From: an uncultured Chloroflexia bacterium
GTDB lineage: Bacteria > Chloroflexota > Limnocylindria > Limnocylindrales > CSP1-4
DNA length: 64,000 nucleotides
Assembly (NCBI GenBank): GCA_963766735.1
Contig: CAVYBU010000006.1
Coordinates: forward strand, 1 to 64,000
Reading direction: 5' to 3'
Shown here: positions 1 to 10,148 of the stretch, in pieces
Numbering within the stretch: the first letter of the stretch is position 1
Layout: the number at the start of each line of letters is the position of its first letter
The notes under the pieces: model-generated
The model's input: the letters and a program-made list of their open reading frames with translations, nothing else
What the model was told of the DNA's origin: nothing
Databases searched by the model: none
Position numbers and translations under genes: made by a program

Positions 1-540
1 GGCAGTGGCCAAAGATACTTCATCTAATGCTTCCAAAGTGTATAAGACAAAGACCGGTAAAACGGATCATAATACGGAGACCCACCCATTCGGACAGAGC
101 CTTAGCACTATCAAGATTAGCACAGAAGGCTTCGAACACAATTATCTGGAAATATATGAGGACAGGGATCCCATTTCTGGTGTATTAATAGCCGACCTGG
201 ATAGTAACGGTTTTGATGAAATTTACATAATTACAACTTCAGCTGGCACTGGTAGTTATGGAACAGTATTTGGGCTTGCTTCAAATAAAGACAAAAGCCT
301 GTCAATGATTAATTTCCCTGAAATACAAGAAGGAGACAGGAATTTCGAAGGATATATGGGACACGATACTTTCAGAATAGAGGATCGAACGCTTGTTAGA
401 ATTTTTCCCATATATAAAAAGGGCGACATCAATCAAAATCCGACCGGCAGGAAACGCAAATTGATTTATGGTTTATATCCAGGAGAGTAGCGATGTGGCA
501 ACTAAATTTAGAGAAGTCAGAAACACTGAACAGCCCATAA
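1..540 (+). CDS. PliI-like (lysozyme-inhibitor-like) protein, 5'-partial, probable frameshift near 487
   Basis: ADLDSNGFDEIYI..SAGTGSYG motif resembles PliI-family SAGSGSY. An alternative frame continues (MWQLNLEKSETLNSP) to TAA at 540. Confidence 0.5.
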
Positions 541-608
541 GCTGGGAATAGAATGAGAATATGCCAGTCAATATAAATAATGTTTTTGGAATTGAATCCG
601 AAAACTCT

Positions 609-787
609 GTATCTGACAAACTAACAATTTGACGTCTGAATTTTTGAAGATAATGTAAACATCTATGCGAAATGAACCGAGTCTCAAAATGTGTGATATC
701 AGATTACGATATATGCATTTTTGCCAGAGTTGGGATTACATCTACATATCTGTAATTCGGGAGAATTTGTGATATTTTATGACATCA
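609..787 (+). repeat. Composite intergenic repeat, copy A
   Basis: GTATCTGACAAA...GATAATGTAAACATCTATG (TGTAAAC 654-660)...TTTTGCCAGAGTTGGGATTACATCTAC...TTGTGATATTTTATGACATCA. Confidence 0.9.
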
Positions 788-837
788 CACATGAATGAAT
801 CTGACCAAATGAATTATGCATTTAAAGGAACGTTTTC

Positions 838-2049
838 ATGAGGAAAAAATGCAAGACGTATATTGTATTAGTGATGTTTTTTTTTGGAACCGTTGGGCAG
901 ATCAAGGCAGAGGAAAACATCATGATAAAAAACATAGCTCGGGATAACACCTTGTTTGCTCTGGATCTTTACAACCAGTTGAAAATGACTGACGGCAACC
1001 TATTTTTCTCGCCGTTTAGTATTTTTACTGCGCTTGCCATGACCTGGGCTGGAGCCCGCGAAAACACTGCCGTTCAGATGGCCGAAACGCTGCATTTCAC
1101 CGAGAAACCCGCTCAGTTTCATCGCGCTATAGGAGATCTGATTTCACAACTTAATGCCGTTCAAAAAGAAACCGATGTTGAACTCAGCATTGCCAATGCG
1201 ATCTGGGCTCAGAAAGGCTACCAATTTCTGGATGAATTTTTCCGGATAGTTCAGCAATCTTATCAGGCTGATCTGAAGCAGGTTGATTTTTCAAGCGCCG
1301 CTGAATCAGCTCGTCAGGCAATCAATGCCTGGGTGGAGCAGCAAACCAATGAGAAGATCAAAGATTTATTGCCGCCCAAAGTGCTCAATGCGCTCACCCG
1401 TCTGGTTTTGGTGAACGCGATTTATTTCAAAGGATTCTGGGACAATCAGTTTAAATCCCGTGACACACGGGAAATGGAGTTTTGGCTGTTGACCGAGGTC
1501 GCCGTTAAGGTGCCGATGATGCACCAGGAACATCAATTCGGATACTGGGAAAATGACTGGTTGCAGATAATTGAGATGCCGTATAAAGAAGAGTCTCTGT
1601 CTTTAATCGTTTTACTTCCCAAAGAAAAGACCGGAATTACTGATTTGGAGCAAAAACTGAATTTTGAAAATATGATGGCCTGGCAAAGCCGGTTGCGAAA
1701 ACGAAAGGTTATTGTTTTCTTTCCAAAATTCAAGATCGAATCGCAATTTAGTTTAGGTCAGACCCTTGCCTTGATGGGCATGCCGGATGCCTTTGATCCC
1801 GAACTGGCTGATTTTTCAGCCATGGTGGGTCAGAAAGAACTGTATATTTCGGCGGTGATTCACAAAGCCTTTTTGGAAGTCAATGAGGAAGGCAGCGAAG
1901 CGGCGGCGGCCACCGGTGTGGTGGTTAGCGTGACCTCCATTGCGCCATCGCCACCGATATTCAAAGCCGACCATCCGTTTGTTTTCTTTATTCGGGACAA
2001 TAAGTCACAAAGCATTTTATTTCTCGGACGGGTGCTAAATCCGGCTTAA
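838..2049 (+). CDS. Serpin (serine protease inhibitor), secreted
   Basis: NLFFSPFSI, LVLVNAIYFKG, hinge EEGSEAAAAT, FKADHPFVFFI; N-terminal signal peptide. Confidence 0.95.
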   Translation: MRKKCKTYIVLVMFFFGTVGQIKAEENIMIKNIARDNTLFALDLYNQLKMTDGNLFFSPFSIFTALAMTWAGARENTAVQMAETLHFTEKPAQFHRAIGDLISQLNAVQKETDVELSIANAIWAQKGYQFLDEFFRIVQQSYQADLKQVDFSSAAESARQAINAWVEQQTNEKIKDLLPPKVLNALTRLVLVNAIYFKGFWDNQFKSRDTREMEFWLLTEVAVKVPMMHQEHQFGYWENDWLQIIEMPYKEESLSLIVLLPKEKTGITDLEQKLNFENMMAWQSRLRKRKVIVFFPKFKIESQFSLGQTLALMGMPDAFDPELADFSAMVGQKELYISAVIHKAFLEVNEEGSEAAAATGVVVSVTSIAPSPPIFKADHPFVFFIRDNKSQSILFLGRVLNPA

Positions 2050-2060
2050 TCGTTAGAGTA

Positions 2061-2182
2061 CAACGTTATCTCAGGGGCGGGAGGGTGAGTTGTGATTCCA
2101 TCTACATATCTGGAATTTAATGATTTTACATGTATTCTCAATCACCAGCCTAGTGATATTTGGTTTTTGCCATACGATATCA
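2061..2182 (+). repeat. Composite repeat, copy B (central module missing)
   Basis: CAACGTTATCTCA...GAGTTGTGATTCCATCTACATATCTG...CATGTATTCTCAA...GATATCA; shares flanking modules with copies C, D and E. Confidence 0.7.
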
Positions 2183-2208
2183 AGACCTGGCGGAATCCAC
2201 GTTAATGA

Positions 2209-2238
2209 TTGACAAAATCCCATCGATTTGGGTATAAA
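2209..2238 (+). promoter_or_regulatory. Sigma70-type promoter
   Basis: TTGACA-18 bp-TATAAA upstream of the cyclase gene. Confidence 0.55.
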
Positions 2239-2400
2239 TAAATGAATTTATACTATTTCTAATTTTCCTATTCCATCTGATCTGAAATAGTACTCAATTA
2301 GCGCAATAGAATCTGACTTCTCATCCGACTTTTGTGCTCTTCCAAATAATCCACATACTGAGTCCCTTTGTTTGAAACCTTGAGACAAGGGGGTGACACT

Positions 2401-4317
2401 ATGGCAGAAAAGGGTTTTAAACGTAAACTCACAGCTATCCTTAGCGCTGATGTTGTTGAATACAGCCGCATGATGCGAGATGATGAGGATGCCACCATCC
2501 GCACGCTGACAAATTATCGTTCTGCCATGTCAAATCTCATCCAAAAATTCCGTGGTCATGTAGTGGACACCATAGGCGATAATCTGTTGGCTGAATTTAC
2601 CAGTGTAGTGGATGCCGTAAATTGTGCAGTTGAGATTCAACGAGAGCTTGCCGAACGAAATGCCGAGTTTTCTGAGGAGCGGAAAATGAAGTTTCGAATC
2701 GGTGTCAATCTTGGTGATGTTGTTGAGGAAGAAGGTCGAATTTACGGAGATGGAGTGAATATCGCCGCTCGGATGGAGAGCTTGGCTGTGGCTGGAGGCA
2801 TTTGCATATCCGGAAGCGTGTATGACAGTGTGGAAAGCAGATTGGGATTGGAATATGAATTTTTGGGCGAACAGGAAGTCAAAAACATCGACAGGCCCGT
2901 CAGGACTTACAGGGTCCTGTCTTTTCCCGGTGCTGCAGCCCACCGGGTAGTTCAGGCCCGGGAGGTAGTTGGGAAAAAGTGGCGTATGTCGGCAATAACG
3001 GCTGGGGCTGTTTTAGTGCTGGTGGCTGCCGGGGCAATCATATGGAACAGTTACCTTCGACCTGTCTCTGTGGAAAAGGCTTCCATTGAAAAAATGGCCT
3101 ATCCCCTGCCCGATAAACCCTCGATCGCCGTGCTGCCATTTGTCAACATGAGTGGTGATCCTGAACAGGAATATTTTAGTGATGGTTTCACCGAAGATCT
3201 CATTACGACACTCTCAAAGATACCGGATCTGTTCATAATCTCCCGTCAATCAACCTTCACCTATAAAGGTAAACCGGTTAAGGTGAACAAGGTCGCCGAA
3301 GACCTTGGTGTCCGCTACGTATTGGAGGGCAGCATCCAGAAATCCGATGATAAAGTGAGAGTAACCGCCCAGCTTATTGACGCCGTCAAAGGCAATCATC
3401 TATGGAGTGAGCGTTACGATCGAGAACTAAAAGACCTTTTTGAGCTCAAAGAAGGCATCATTTTGAAAGTTGCAAATGAGTTATTGGTTGGGCTAGTAAC
3501 CGGAGAGTTTCTACGCCAAATAGTTGGTTATACGGACGATCCTGAGCCTTGGCAGACAAACAATCTTGAGGCATGGGAGACTTATTGGGTTGCACAAAAG
3601 TACGCAAGACGCTTCAGAAAAGAAGACAATGCACGAGCCCGCGATCTTTACACAAAGGCTTACCAACTCGATCCCAACTGGTATATCCCATTAGTGGCTA
3701 TAGGCTATACCCATAGGAATGACGCACGGCATGGTTGGAGCGAGTCGCGTAAAAAATCGTTTGATCTGGCCACTGAGATGGCCAATAAAGTGCTCGCCAT
3801 TAATGATGAATCCGCCTCAGCCTACGGTCTTCTCGGTGCGATCCACCTGATGAAAAGAGAATATGAAAAAGCGAATTACTATAATGAAAAAGCACTGAGC
3901 CTCGCTCCTAACTACTCCGAAGCTCATGCGGGAAGAGGATTTTTGCTAAACTATTTAGGAAAGCCTCAAGAAGCGATCATGCATTTCAAAATAGCCATGC
4001 GGCTCAGCCCTTTTTACCCCCCGTGGTACCTCTATCATCTGGGGTTATCATATCATCTGACCGGGCAATACGAGCAAGCAATCGAAACCCTAAAAAAAGG
4101 GATTGAGCGAACACCGGATGTTATATTTCCACACGTTAGACTGGCTGCAGTATACAGCGACCTTGGTCGCGAGCAAGAGGCTCGCGCTGAGGCGGAAGAA
4201 GTTCTCAGGATAAAGCCAGACTTCTCAGTAGAGAACTATGCAAGAGCCAACCCCTTTAAAGACACTGCCATTGTGGAATACAGAAAGGAGTTGCTGCACA
4301 ACGCCGGGCTTAAATGA
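2401..4317 (+). CDS. Class III adenylate/guanylate cyclase with TM, TolB-like and TPR domains
   Basis: RKLTAILSADVVEYS, FRIGVNLGDV, GDGVNIAARME, PSIAVLPFVNMSGDPEQEYFSDG, C-terminal TPRs. Confidence 0.93.
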   Translation: MAEKGFKRKLTAILSADVVEYSRMMRDDEDATIRTLTNYRSAMSNLIQKFRGHVVDTIGDNLLAEFTSVVDAVNCAVEIQRELAERNAEFSEERKMKFRIGVNLGDVVEEEGRIYGDGVNIAARMESLAVAGGICISGSVYDSVESRLGLEYEFLGEQEVKNIDRPVRTYRVLSFPGAAAHRVVQAREVVGKKWRMSAITAGAVLVLVAAGAIIWNSYLRPVSVEKASIEKMAYPLPDKPSIAVLPFVNMSGDPEQEYFSDGFTEDLITTLSKIPDLFIISRQSTFTYKGKPVKVNKVAEDLGVRYVLEGSIQKSDDKVRVTAQLIDAVKGNHLWSERYDRELKDLFELKEGIILKVANELLVGLVTGEFLRQIVGYTDDPEPWQTNNLEAWETYWVAQKYARRFRKEDNARARDLYTKAYQLDPNWYIPLVAIGYTHRNDARHGWSESRKKSFDLATEMANKVLAINDESASAYGLLGAIHLMKREYEKANYYNEKALSLAPNYSEAHAGRGFLLNYLGKPQEAIMHFKIAMRLSPFYPPWYLYHLGLSYHLTGQYEQAIETLKKGIERTPDVIFPHVRLAAVYSDLGREQEARAEAEEVLRIKPDFSVENYARANPFKDTAIVEYRKELLHNAGLK

Positions 4318-4420
4318 ATTGGCTTGTTTTTTCTAAGCATCGCAATCCTATTAAGAAACAAGTGCAGATTGCTTCTTCAATAACCAACTATCTTGGGTCT
4401 TCAATTTTTACGGATTTCTC

Positions 4421-4541
4421 CAACGTATCTGACAAATTTTGGACCTCTAAAAATGTCAGATAATGTAAACATCTATGAAAATTTGACCTGTATTTAGAAT
4501 TTGTGGTATCAGATGCATTTTTACCAAAGTTGGGGTTACAT
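4421..4541 (+). repeat. Composite repeat, copy C (ends just before the YR/IS91 element's flanking hairpin)
   Basis: TATCTGACAAATTTT..AAAAATGTCAGATA hairpin, ATGTAAACATCTATG...AGTTGGGGTTACAT. Confidence 0.9.
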
Positions 4542-4550
4542 AGAATAGCG

Positions 4551-4654
4551 TTTTATCAATCGTTGCGCTGACGCAAATAAGGCAACAATACCGGTGGCAT
4601 TTTAGTTTCAGATAAATGTGTAGATGAGTTAAGCCTCAGCAATGATTGATAAAA
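4551..4654. repeat. Long imperfect hairpin flanking the element's left end
   Basis: TTTTATCAATCGTTGCGCTGA ... TCAGCAATGATTGATAAAA; the loop contains GTAGATG (inverted CATCTAC). Confidence 0.75.
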
Positions 4655-4947
4655 TGGTGAACTGTACCGCGGCTGGGCGGCAGGATTCGACGAGTGTAGT
4701 CTATGGGGATTATATGGATGGCATCAAGTCAATAGTTTTCATCGAGGGCACTGATTTGAGCAGGGTGAATTTAATAAAATGAAAAATTTGACCTATCTGC
4801 GCCCCATTTGTTGTTTGAAAATTATGATAAGTCTGCAAAATCATATTTGTATACACATCGATGGCAGAAAGCGTGCGCAGCTGTACTGTCGTGCTTTAAC
4901 AGCAACTTTTTAATCTTAGAAAATAAGCATCAAGACAGATATAGTGG

Positions 4948-6155
4948 CTATGATGAATTCAAATCATTTTTTGGCAATTTTCTGATTGGTATCATTTTAC
5001 CCTTCTTGCATTTCGGACAGCAGCTAATGTCTATGCCGGTCAATCGGAGCATCATTTCGCTGATGCTCTCTTTAATTTTCTCCGGCAATGTTGCATCCGG
5101 ATCGATTAATTTTCTAATAAGCGGGATATCTTTTTTTTTGTTTGTGTGAGCTAAAAAGCCAAAGTATCGGATTTTGAAAAAGCCCTTTGGCAGGACATGA
5201 AGCAAAAATCGGCCGATGAACTTATCAGCATCAAGGGTCATTTCTTTGATTTCATTGTCTTTTTGACGATCCCGGTAGGTAAAAGTGACGCTGCCGTTAT
5301 CAATGGAGATGATCCGATTGTTAGATATGGCAACCCGGTGAGTGTAGCGGCCAAGATACTCAAGTACCTGCTGGGGACCTGCAAAAGGGCGCTTTGCATA
5401 GGCGATCCATCTTTTTTTTGAAACCGAGTTAATCAGCTGTTGGAATGCTTGCCTGGAGTTAAGGGCAGCAGTTTTTTGGGTAAAAATCAACTCGTCTTTT
5501 AAATAGGCGTTCAACAGCAGTTTGAGATAGCGTTTTCTAAACTCCTTAGCCAGAGAAGTGATTTTAAACAGAAAGTTATCTTTGGTCGGTATCCATTTGT
5601 CTTTGGTGAAGGAAAGAGCCCCTGCGGGAATCAGGCAGTGCAGATGGAAATGGTCGATAAGCGTCTGTGACCAAGTATGCAAAACGCTGATGAATCCGAG
5701 CCGGCCTTCAAGTCTCCACTGAGGATCTTTGGCAAAGGCTTGAAGGGTTTGATTGACAGCGGCAAACAAGATGTTCAGGGTCGTTCTTTTGTTGGATAAT
5801 ATAATGGGATTAAGGTCATGTGGCAGGGTGAATACCAGGTGGAAGTAACCGCAGGGGAGCAGTTCTGCTTTGCGGTCATTAAGCCATTGTTCCTTTGTCA
5901 TCGTTTGACATTTAGGGCAATGTCGATCCCGACATGAATTATAAGCATTTTGCTCAAATGCACATTGGTCGCATTGCTCAACATGACCGCCAAGCACAGC
6001 GGTTCGGCATATTTCAATATGGTGCATGACTTTTAACTGTTCATAGGACGCGCGTGTGATCGCCGGTAATCATCTGCGTAAAGGCGGAAAATATCGGCCA
6101 GTTCCACTTGTTCTTTGTTTTTGGGGGCCAGGGAATCATTGTGTGTTTTTTTCAT
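4948..6155 (-). CDS. IS91-family transposase (zinc-binding + Y2_Tnp), frameshift near 6050
   Basis: CRTAVLGGH..C..C..YNSCRDRHCPKCQ, HLVFTLP, HTW..HFHLH (HUH), YLGRY (YxxxY), IRYFG; the N-terminus ELADIFR lies in another frame. Confidence 0.92.
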
Positions 6156-6167
6156 TATTGCACCTCC

Positions 6168-7022
6168 TTACTCATCATCTTCATAAAGGGTATCCAGCGG
6201 GCTTTTGCACTGTTGGACCCGCTCGGGTATGAGGTGGAGGTAAATAATGGTGGATTTTAAAGAGGAGTGGCCCAAAAAACGCTTAAGGGTGTAAAGATCC
6301 ATTCCTTGGTAAAGTGAATGAGTAGCGAAGGTGTGCCTCAGACAATGGATACCGAGGCCCTTGGTTAGACCGGCTTTTTTTTTGCGAGGTAAAAAGCGGT
6401 TTGTGCCGCGCCTTCACACAGGTGGGTTTGAGGCTTTTGTCCGGCAAACAACCATTTGCCGGGACGATATTTACTCCAATAAGTTCTCAGATCCGTAAGC
6501 AGCCTTTTGGGAAAGAATTGTGTAACGATCCTTTTTGCCTTTGCCCTGATCGACGCGAATCATCATGCGGTCAGCATCACTTTCGATGTGCTTGGGCTTA
6601 AGGCGAACCAGTTCACTGACCCGCAGCCCTGAGCCATAAACGGTTTGCAACAACAGCCGGTGTTTAAGATTTTCAGCTGCAGCAAGCAATCGTTTTACTT
6701 CCGGTTGGCTAAAAACAACCGGCAGTTTTTTAACACGGGGCCGGGGCGGGATTTGAAACTCGGCATCGTCCCATTTACAAATATGCCTGTAAAAGCAGAC
6801 AATACCGGACAAATAAGAATTACAGGTGCCCCAGGACAATTTGCGTTCTTCAAGCAAATGGCGGATATAGTCCTGGATCTGGTCGTTGGTCAAGGTGTCG
6901 GGCGATTGCATGTAATATTTGGACAATAGCTTAACACCAGTTACGTAGCTTCTCTTTGTGTGATCGGAAAATCGTTGCAAGGTCATGTAGTTGAGAAATT
7001 GGGTTTTCAGTTCACTGGCCAT
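6168..7022 (-). CDS. Tyrosine recombinase (N-terminal SAM-like domain), frameshifts near 6505 and 6385
   Basis: GLRVSE, KGKKDR, then in shifted frames HCLRHTFATH, LGH, STIIY; full R-K-H-R-H-Y set present. Confidence 0.9.
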
Positions 7023-7178
7023 AATAATACCTCCTTGGTAAAAAGTTAATATAATAGGACGCTTTACCTGGAGATACTATAAAACAATATAGCTTGGATT
7101 AGGAGGTTAAAGTTGATCTGTCGATAAAATGAATTCGGTGGGTAAACATTCTCCGCGAAGCGGTTCAGTTCATCTTAC

Positions 7179-7208
7179 TAATCACAGGTTTGCTTATTTC
7201 TGTGATTA
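7179..7208. repeat. Hairpin flanking the element's right end
   Basis: TAATCACAG-12 nt-CTGTGATTA immediately after CAGTTCATCTTAC. Confidence 0.7.
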
Positions 7209-7247
7209 CATAATAATATCCAAAATTTTGATCAGTGTATCAGCTTG

Positions 7248-7344
7248 TGTAAACATAGTCAGTTCACTCATGATTTAAAAAGATCAATTGTTGAGCCTCT
7301 GCTCAGCGAAACGACCGCTCCAGCAGAGTTGTGCTGACGTTACA
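7248..7344 (+). repeat. Divergent repeat-like hairpin
   Basis: TGTAAACATAGTCAG...AGAGTTGTGCTGACGTTACA; same TGTAAACAT/GTTACA ends, different interior. Confidence 0.5.
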
Positions 7345-7443
7345 ATATTTCCTCCGGCCCGCGCTATACTTTGGGAAAATAGTATTGATCGGGATCTGAC
7401 TGAGTTTGTTTCATATCAATGCATAAATCGACAGAGGTGAATA

Positions 7444-8100
7444 ATGGAAAACCCGATTCAGAATTACCGGCAGATAAGGTTGGCACGTGTAAAAGAGTCA
7501 TTGGAGGGGAACAATTTCGAGGCATTTATCGCAGAAAATGTAGAAGAGGCAAAACAAATCATGAAGGAGGAGATTCTGCCCAAATTAAGAGATATAAAAA
7601 TCGTTTCTAGAGGAGATTCCTTGACATTTGAAGCTACAGGTATGCTGGAGGTAATTGAAAAAAACACGGCCTTTGACTTCTTGGATCCCTTTGAAAAGGG
7701 TCTCCCTGATGAAGAAATATACGAACGGGGTAGGCAGGCACTTCTGACGGATCTATTTTTTACAGGAACAAATGCTCTGACAGAGACGGGTATCCTTGTC
7801 AACCTCGATGGGTGGGGAAATCGGGTTGCGGGTCTTACCTATGGACCCAAATACGTGATCGTTACGGTTGGCCGGAATAAGATAGTCCCTGATTTGGATA
7901 GTGCAATGTATCGGATTAAAGATTATGCAGCTCCGGTCAATGCCATGCGGTTCAACACGAAGACACCCTGTGTAAAGACATCCTTTTGTGAGGATTGCAA
8001 GAGCCAAGATCGCATCTGCAGCACCTGGACCATCACGGAAAAATCTTTTCCAAAAGGCAGGATAAAGGTGATTTTAATCAACGAAGAATTAGGATTTTGA
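7444..8100 (+). CDS. LUD-domain (LutC/YkgG-like) protein
   Basis: GTNALTETGILVNLDGWGNRVA, GRNKIV, TPCVKTSFCEDCKS. Confidence 0.88.
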   Translation: MENPIQNYRQIRLARVKESLEGNNFEAFIAENVEEAKQIMKEEILPKLRDIKIVSRGDSLTFEATGMLEVIEKNTAFDFLDPFEKGLPDEEIYERGRQALLTDLFFTGTNALTETGILVNLDGWGNRVAGLTYGPKYVIVTVGRNKIVPDLDSAMYRIKDYAAPVNAMRFNTKTPCVKTSFCEDCKSQDRICSTWTITEKSFPKGRIKVILINEELGF

Positions 8101-8158
8101 ATATTTATTTATTGGGTGCCTCAACAGCCAATTCTCATTTATTATGGATATGTTATGC

Positions 8159-8452
8159 ATATCTGCAAAAGGTTCTGTCTTAAAAAATTACAGATATTGT
8201 AAACATCTATGTAGAATTGACCGACCTATAAAACTTGTGATATCAGATTACGGATAGCCATTTTTGCCAGAGTTGCTGTATCATCTACGTGTCTTTACTT
8301 TTACACTTTTCCATGTATTCTCAACATCTATGCAAATTTGACCGACCTTCACAAATTGTGATATTAGATTACGGTATATGCGTTTTTGCAAGAGTTGGGG
8401 TTACATCTACTACCTGCAAGTTTCAGGTAAGTTGTGATATATTATGATATCA
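8159..8452 (+). repeat. Composite repeat, tandem copies D1 (core 8198-8289) and D2 (core 8323-8410)
   Basis: Two AACATCTATG...AGAGTTG..CATCTAC units joined by a ...CATGTATTCTCAA module, ending TGATATATTATGATATCA. Confidence 0.9.
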
Positions 8453-8577
8453 ATAGTTTTATAGAAAATTAGAATTTCAAAAATATTGTACCAAATAGAA
8501 TCTATGATATTGAATAGTATAGATTCCACCTAATACATGTTAGCTGAACATCAACACAATAAAGGAGATCCAAGTTC

Positions 8578-10005
8578 ATGAAAACCACACTGTCGAAAAT
8601 TCTTCTGAGCACGATGCTTGTGTTCGCGTCCCTTCCTTCTATTTCCGCCCACGCGGACATTGACCTCACTTCAGCGGAAATTGAGGCCATCGCCGAGGAA
8701 GGCTTCATCTACGGTCTACCGATCGTGATGAACTATGGGGTGATGAACGAATACGCGATCAACCGCGATTCCGGCCAGTTCAAGGCCCCGTTCAACCACA
8801 TCAAGAACGAGGCACGCGTCTTCACCTACAAGGACACCGCGATCATCACACCGAACAGCGACACACCTTACTCGCTGCTGTGGCTCGACCTGCGGGCGGA
8901 GCCAATCGTCCTGTCCGTTCCCGCGGTGGACAAGAACCGTTACTACTCGGTGATGCTCGAGGACGGCAACACCTTCATTTACGGCTACATCGGGAGCCGC
9001 GCCACCGGTTCCGAAGCGGGCGACTATATGGTCGTCGGCCCGGGTTGGAAGGGCGAGGTCCCGGACGGGATCAAGAAGGTTTTCCACTCCTCCACCCAGT
9101 TCTCGCTGGTTGCCTACCGCACCCAGCTGTTCAATCCTGAAGACATGCCAAACGTGGTAAAAATTCAGTCCGGTTACGGAGTGAAACCGCTCTCCGAGTT
9201 CCTCGGCCAGCCGGCTCCCAGCCCCGCGCCGAAGATCGATTTCCCGAAGTTCGACAAGGAAATGGTGAAAACGAAGTTCTTCGATTACCTGGAGTTCTCG
9301 CTCCAGTTCGCGCCTGCCGGTCCGGAGGAAAAAGAAATTCGCGCGAAGCTCGCCAAGATCGGAGTTGGCCCGGACAAGACCTTCGACTTGGACGATCTCT
9401 CTCCAGAGCAAAAGAAAGCAGTGGCAGCAGGCATGAAGGCCGGTGAAGCCAAAATCGCAGAATACCTCAAGACGCAGCTGATCGAACTGAATGGCTGGGG
9501 CATCAGCAGCTATTTTGGGGATCGCGCGTTCTATAACGGCGATTGGCTGAAACGTGCCGCAGGCGCGCAAGCTGGAATCTATGGTAACGAGTCCATCGAA
9601 GCCGCCTATCCGATCGCCAAAACACTGGCTGACGGCTCGCCACTCGATGGAAGCAAGAGCAACTACACGATCACCTTCCCGGCCGATGGATTTCCGCCGG
9701 TGAACGCCTTCTGGTCGGTGACCATGTACGACGGCAAGACCCAGTTGCTGATCAAGAACCCGATCAACCGCTACCTGATCAATTCGCCGATGCTGCCGGA
9801 CATGAAGAAGAACGCCGATGGATCACTGACTCTTTACATCCAGAAGGACAGTCCCGGAGCCGAAAAAGAGAGCAACTGGCTCCCGGCCCCCGACGGCCCG
9901 ATCTACCTCGCGATGCGCCTCTACTGGCCGCGCACGGAGTCGCCAACGATCCTGCCGATCGGCAAGGGCGACTGGAAGCCACCGGTCATCGTGGAGGTTA
10001 AGTGA
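8578..10005 (+). CDS. DUF1254/DUF1214 secreted protein
   Basis: FIYGLPIV, TPNSDTPYS, FWSVTMYD, NWLPAP, MRLYWP; signal peptide. Confidence 0.92.
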   Translation: MKTTLSKILLSTMLVFASLPSISAHADIDLTSAEIEAIAEEGFIYGLPIVMNYGVMNEYAINRDSGQFKAPFNHIKNEARVFTYKDTAIITPNSDTPYSLLWLDLRAEPIVLSVPAVDKNRYYSVMLEDGNTFIYGYIGSRATGSEAGDYMVVGPGWKGEVPDGIKKVFHSSTQFSLVAYRTQLFNPEDMPNVVKIQSGYGVKPLSEFLGQPAPSPAPKIDFPKFDKEMVKTKFFDYLEFSLQFAPAGPEEKEIRAKLAKIGVGPDKTFDLDDLSPEQKKAVAAGMKAGEAKIAEYLKTQLIELNGWGISSYFGDRAFYNGDWLKRAAGAQAGIYGNESIEAAYPIAKTLADGSPLDGSKSNYTITFPADGFPPVNAFWSVTMYDGKTQLLIKNPINRYLINSPMLPDMKKNADGSLTLYIQKDSPGAEKESNWLPAPDGPIYLAMRLYWPRTESPTILPIGKGDWKPPVIVEVK

Positions 10006-10007
10006 CC

Positions 10008-10137
10008 AGCTAACAATGGGCTCCAAGGGACCGGCGGGCAGCGCGGTTTTTCGAGGTTCAGCCTTGCTGCCAAATTTGTAAGTCAATCAAAGCTCAGTGC
10101 TGCAAATCTCCGCCGGCCTCTGGGCTCAAGGTTACAT
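10008..10137 (+). other. attC site (130 bp)
   Basis: R'' AGCTAAC just after the stop codon; arms GGGCTCCAAGGGACCGGCGG / CCGCCGGCCTCTGGGCTC; R' G|TTACAT. Confidence 0.85.
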
Positions 10138-10148
10138 ATGTCTGCGTT

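Larger units (their letters stand above)
4656..7174 (-). mobile_element. Tyrosine recombinase + IS91-family (Y2/HUH) transposase element
   Basis: Two-gene operon bounded by inverted ends GGTGAACTGTACCGC (4656-4670) and GCGGTTCAGTTCATC (7160-7174), 13/15 match. Confidence 0.8.
8539..10137 (+). mobile_element. Integron gene cassette carrying the DUF1254 gene
   Basis: GTTAGCT at 8539-8545 is the exact reverse complement of AGCTAAC at 10008-10014; GC content is visibly higher than the flanks. Confidence 0.85.

Noticed and set aside
488-490. Stop-codon readthrough or pyrrolysine at TAG
   Set aside because: The plausible continuation is in another frame, so an indel explains it better.
6168-7022. 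Recombinase as integron integrase IntI
   Set aside because: The segment between KGKKDR and HCLRH is short and lacks the IntI-specific insertion. It is in an operon with an IS91 transposase.
8431-8453. dif/pdif (XerCD) site
   Set aside because: Only TATATTATG matches. There is no TTATGTTAAAT XerD arm, and the other copies diverge.
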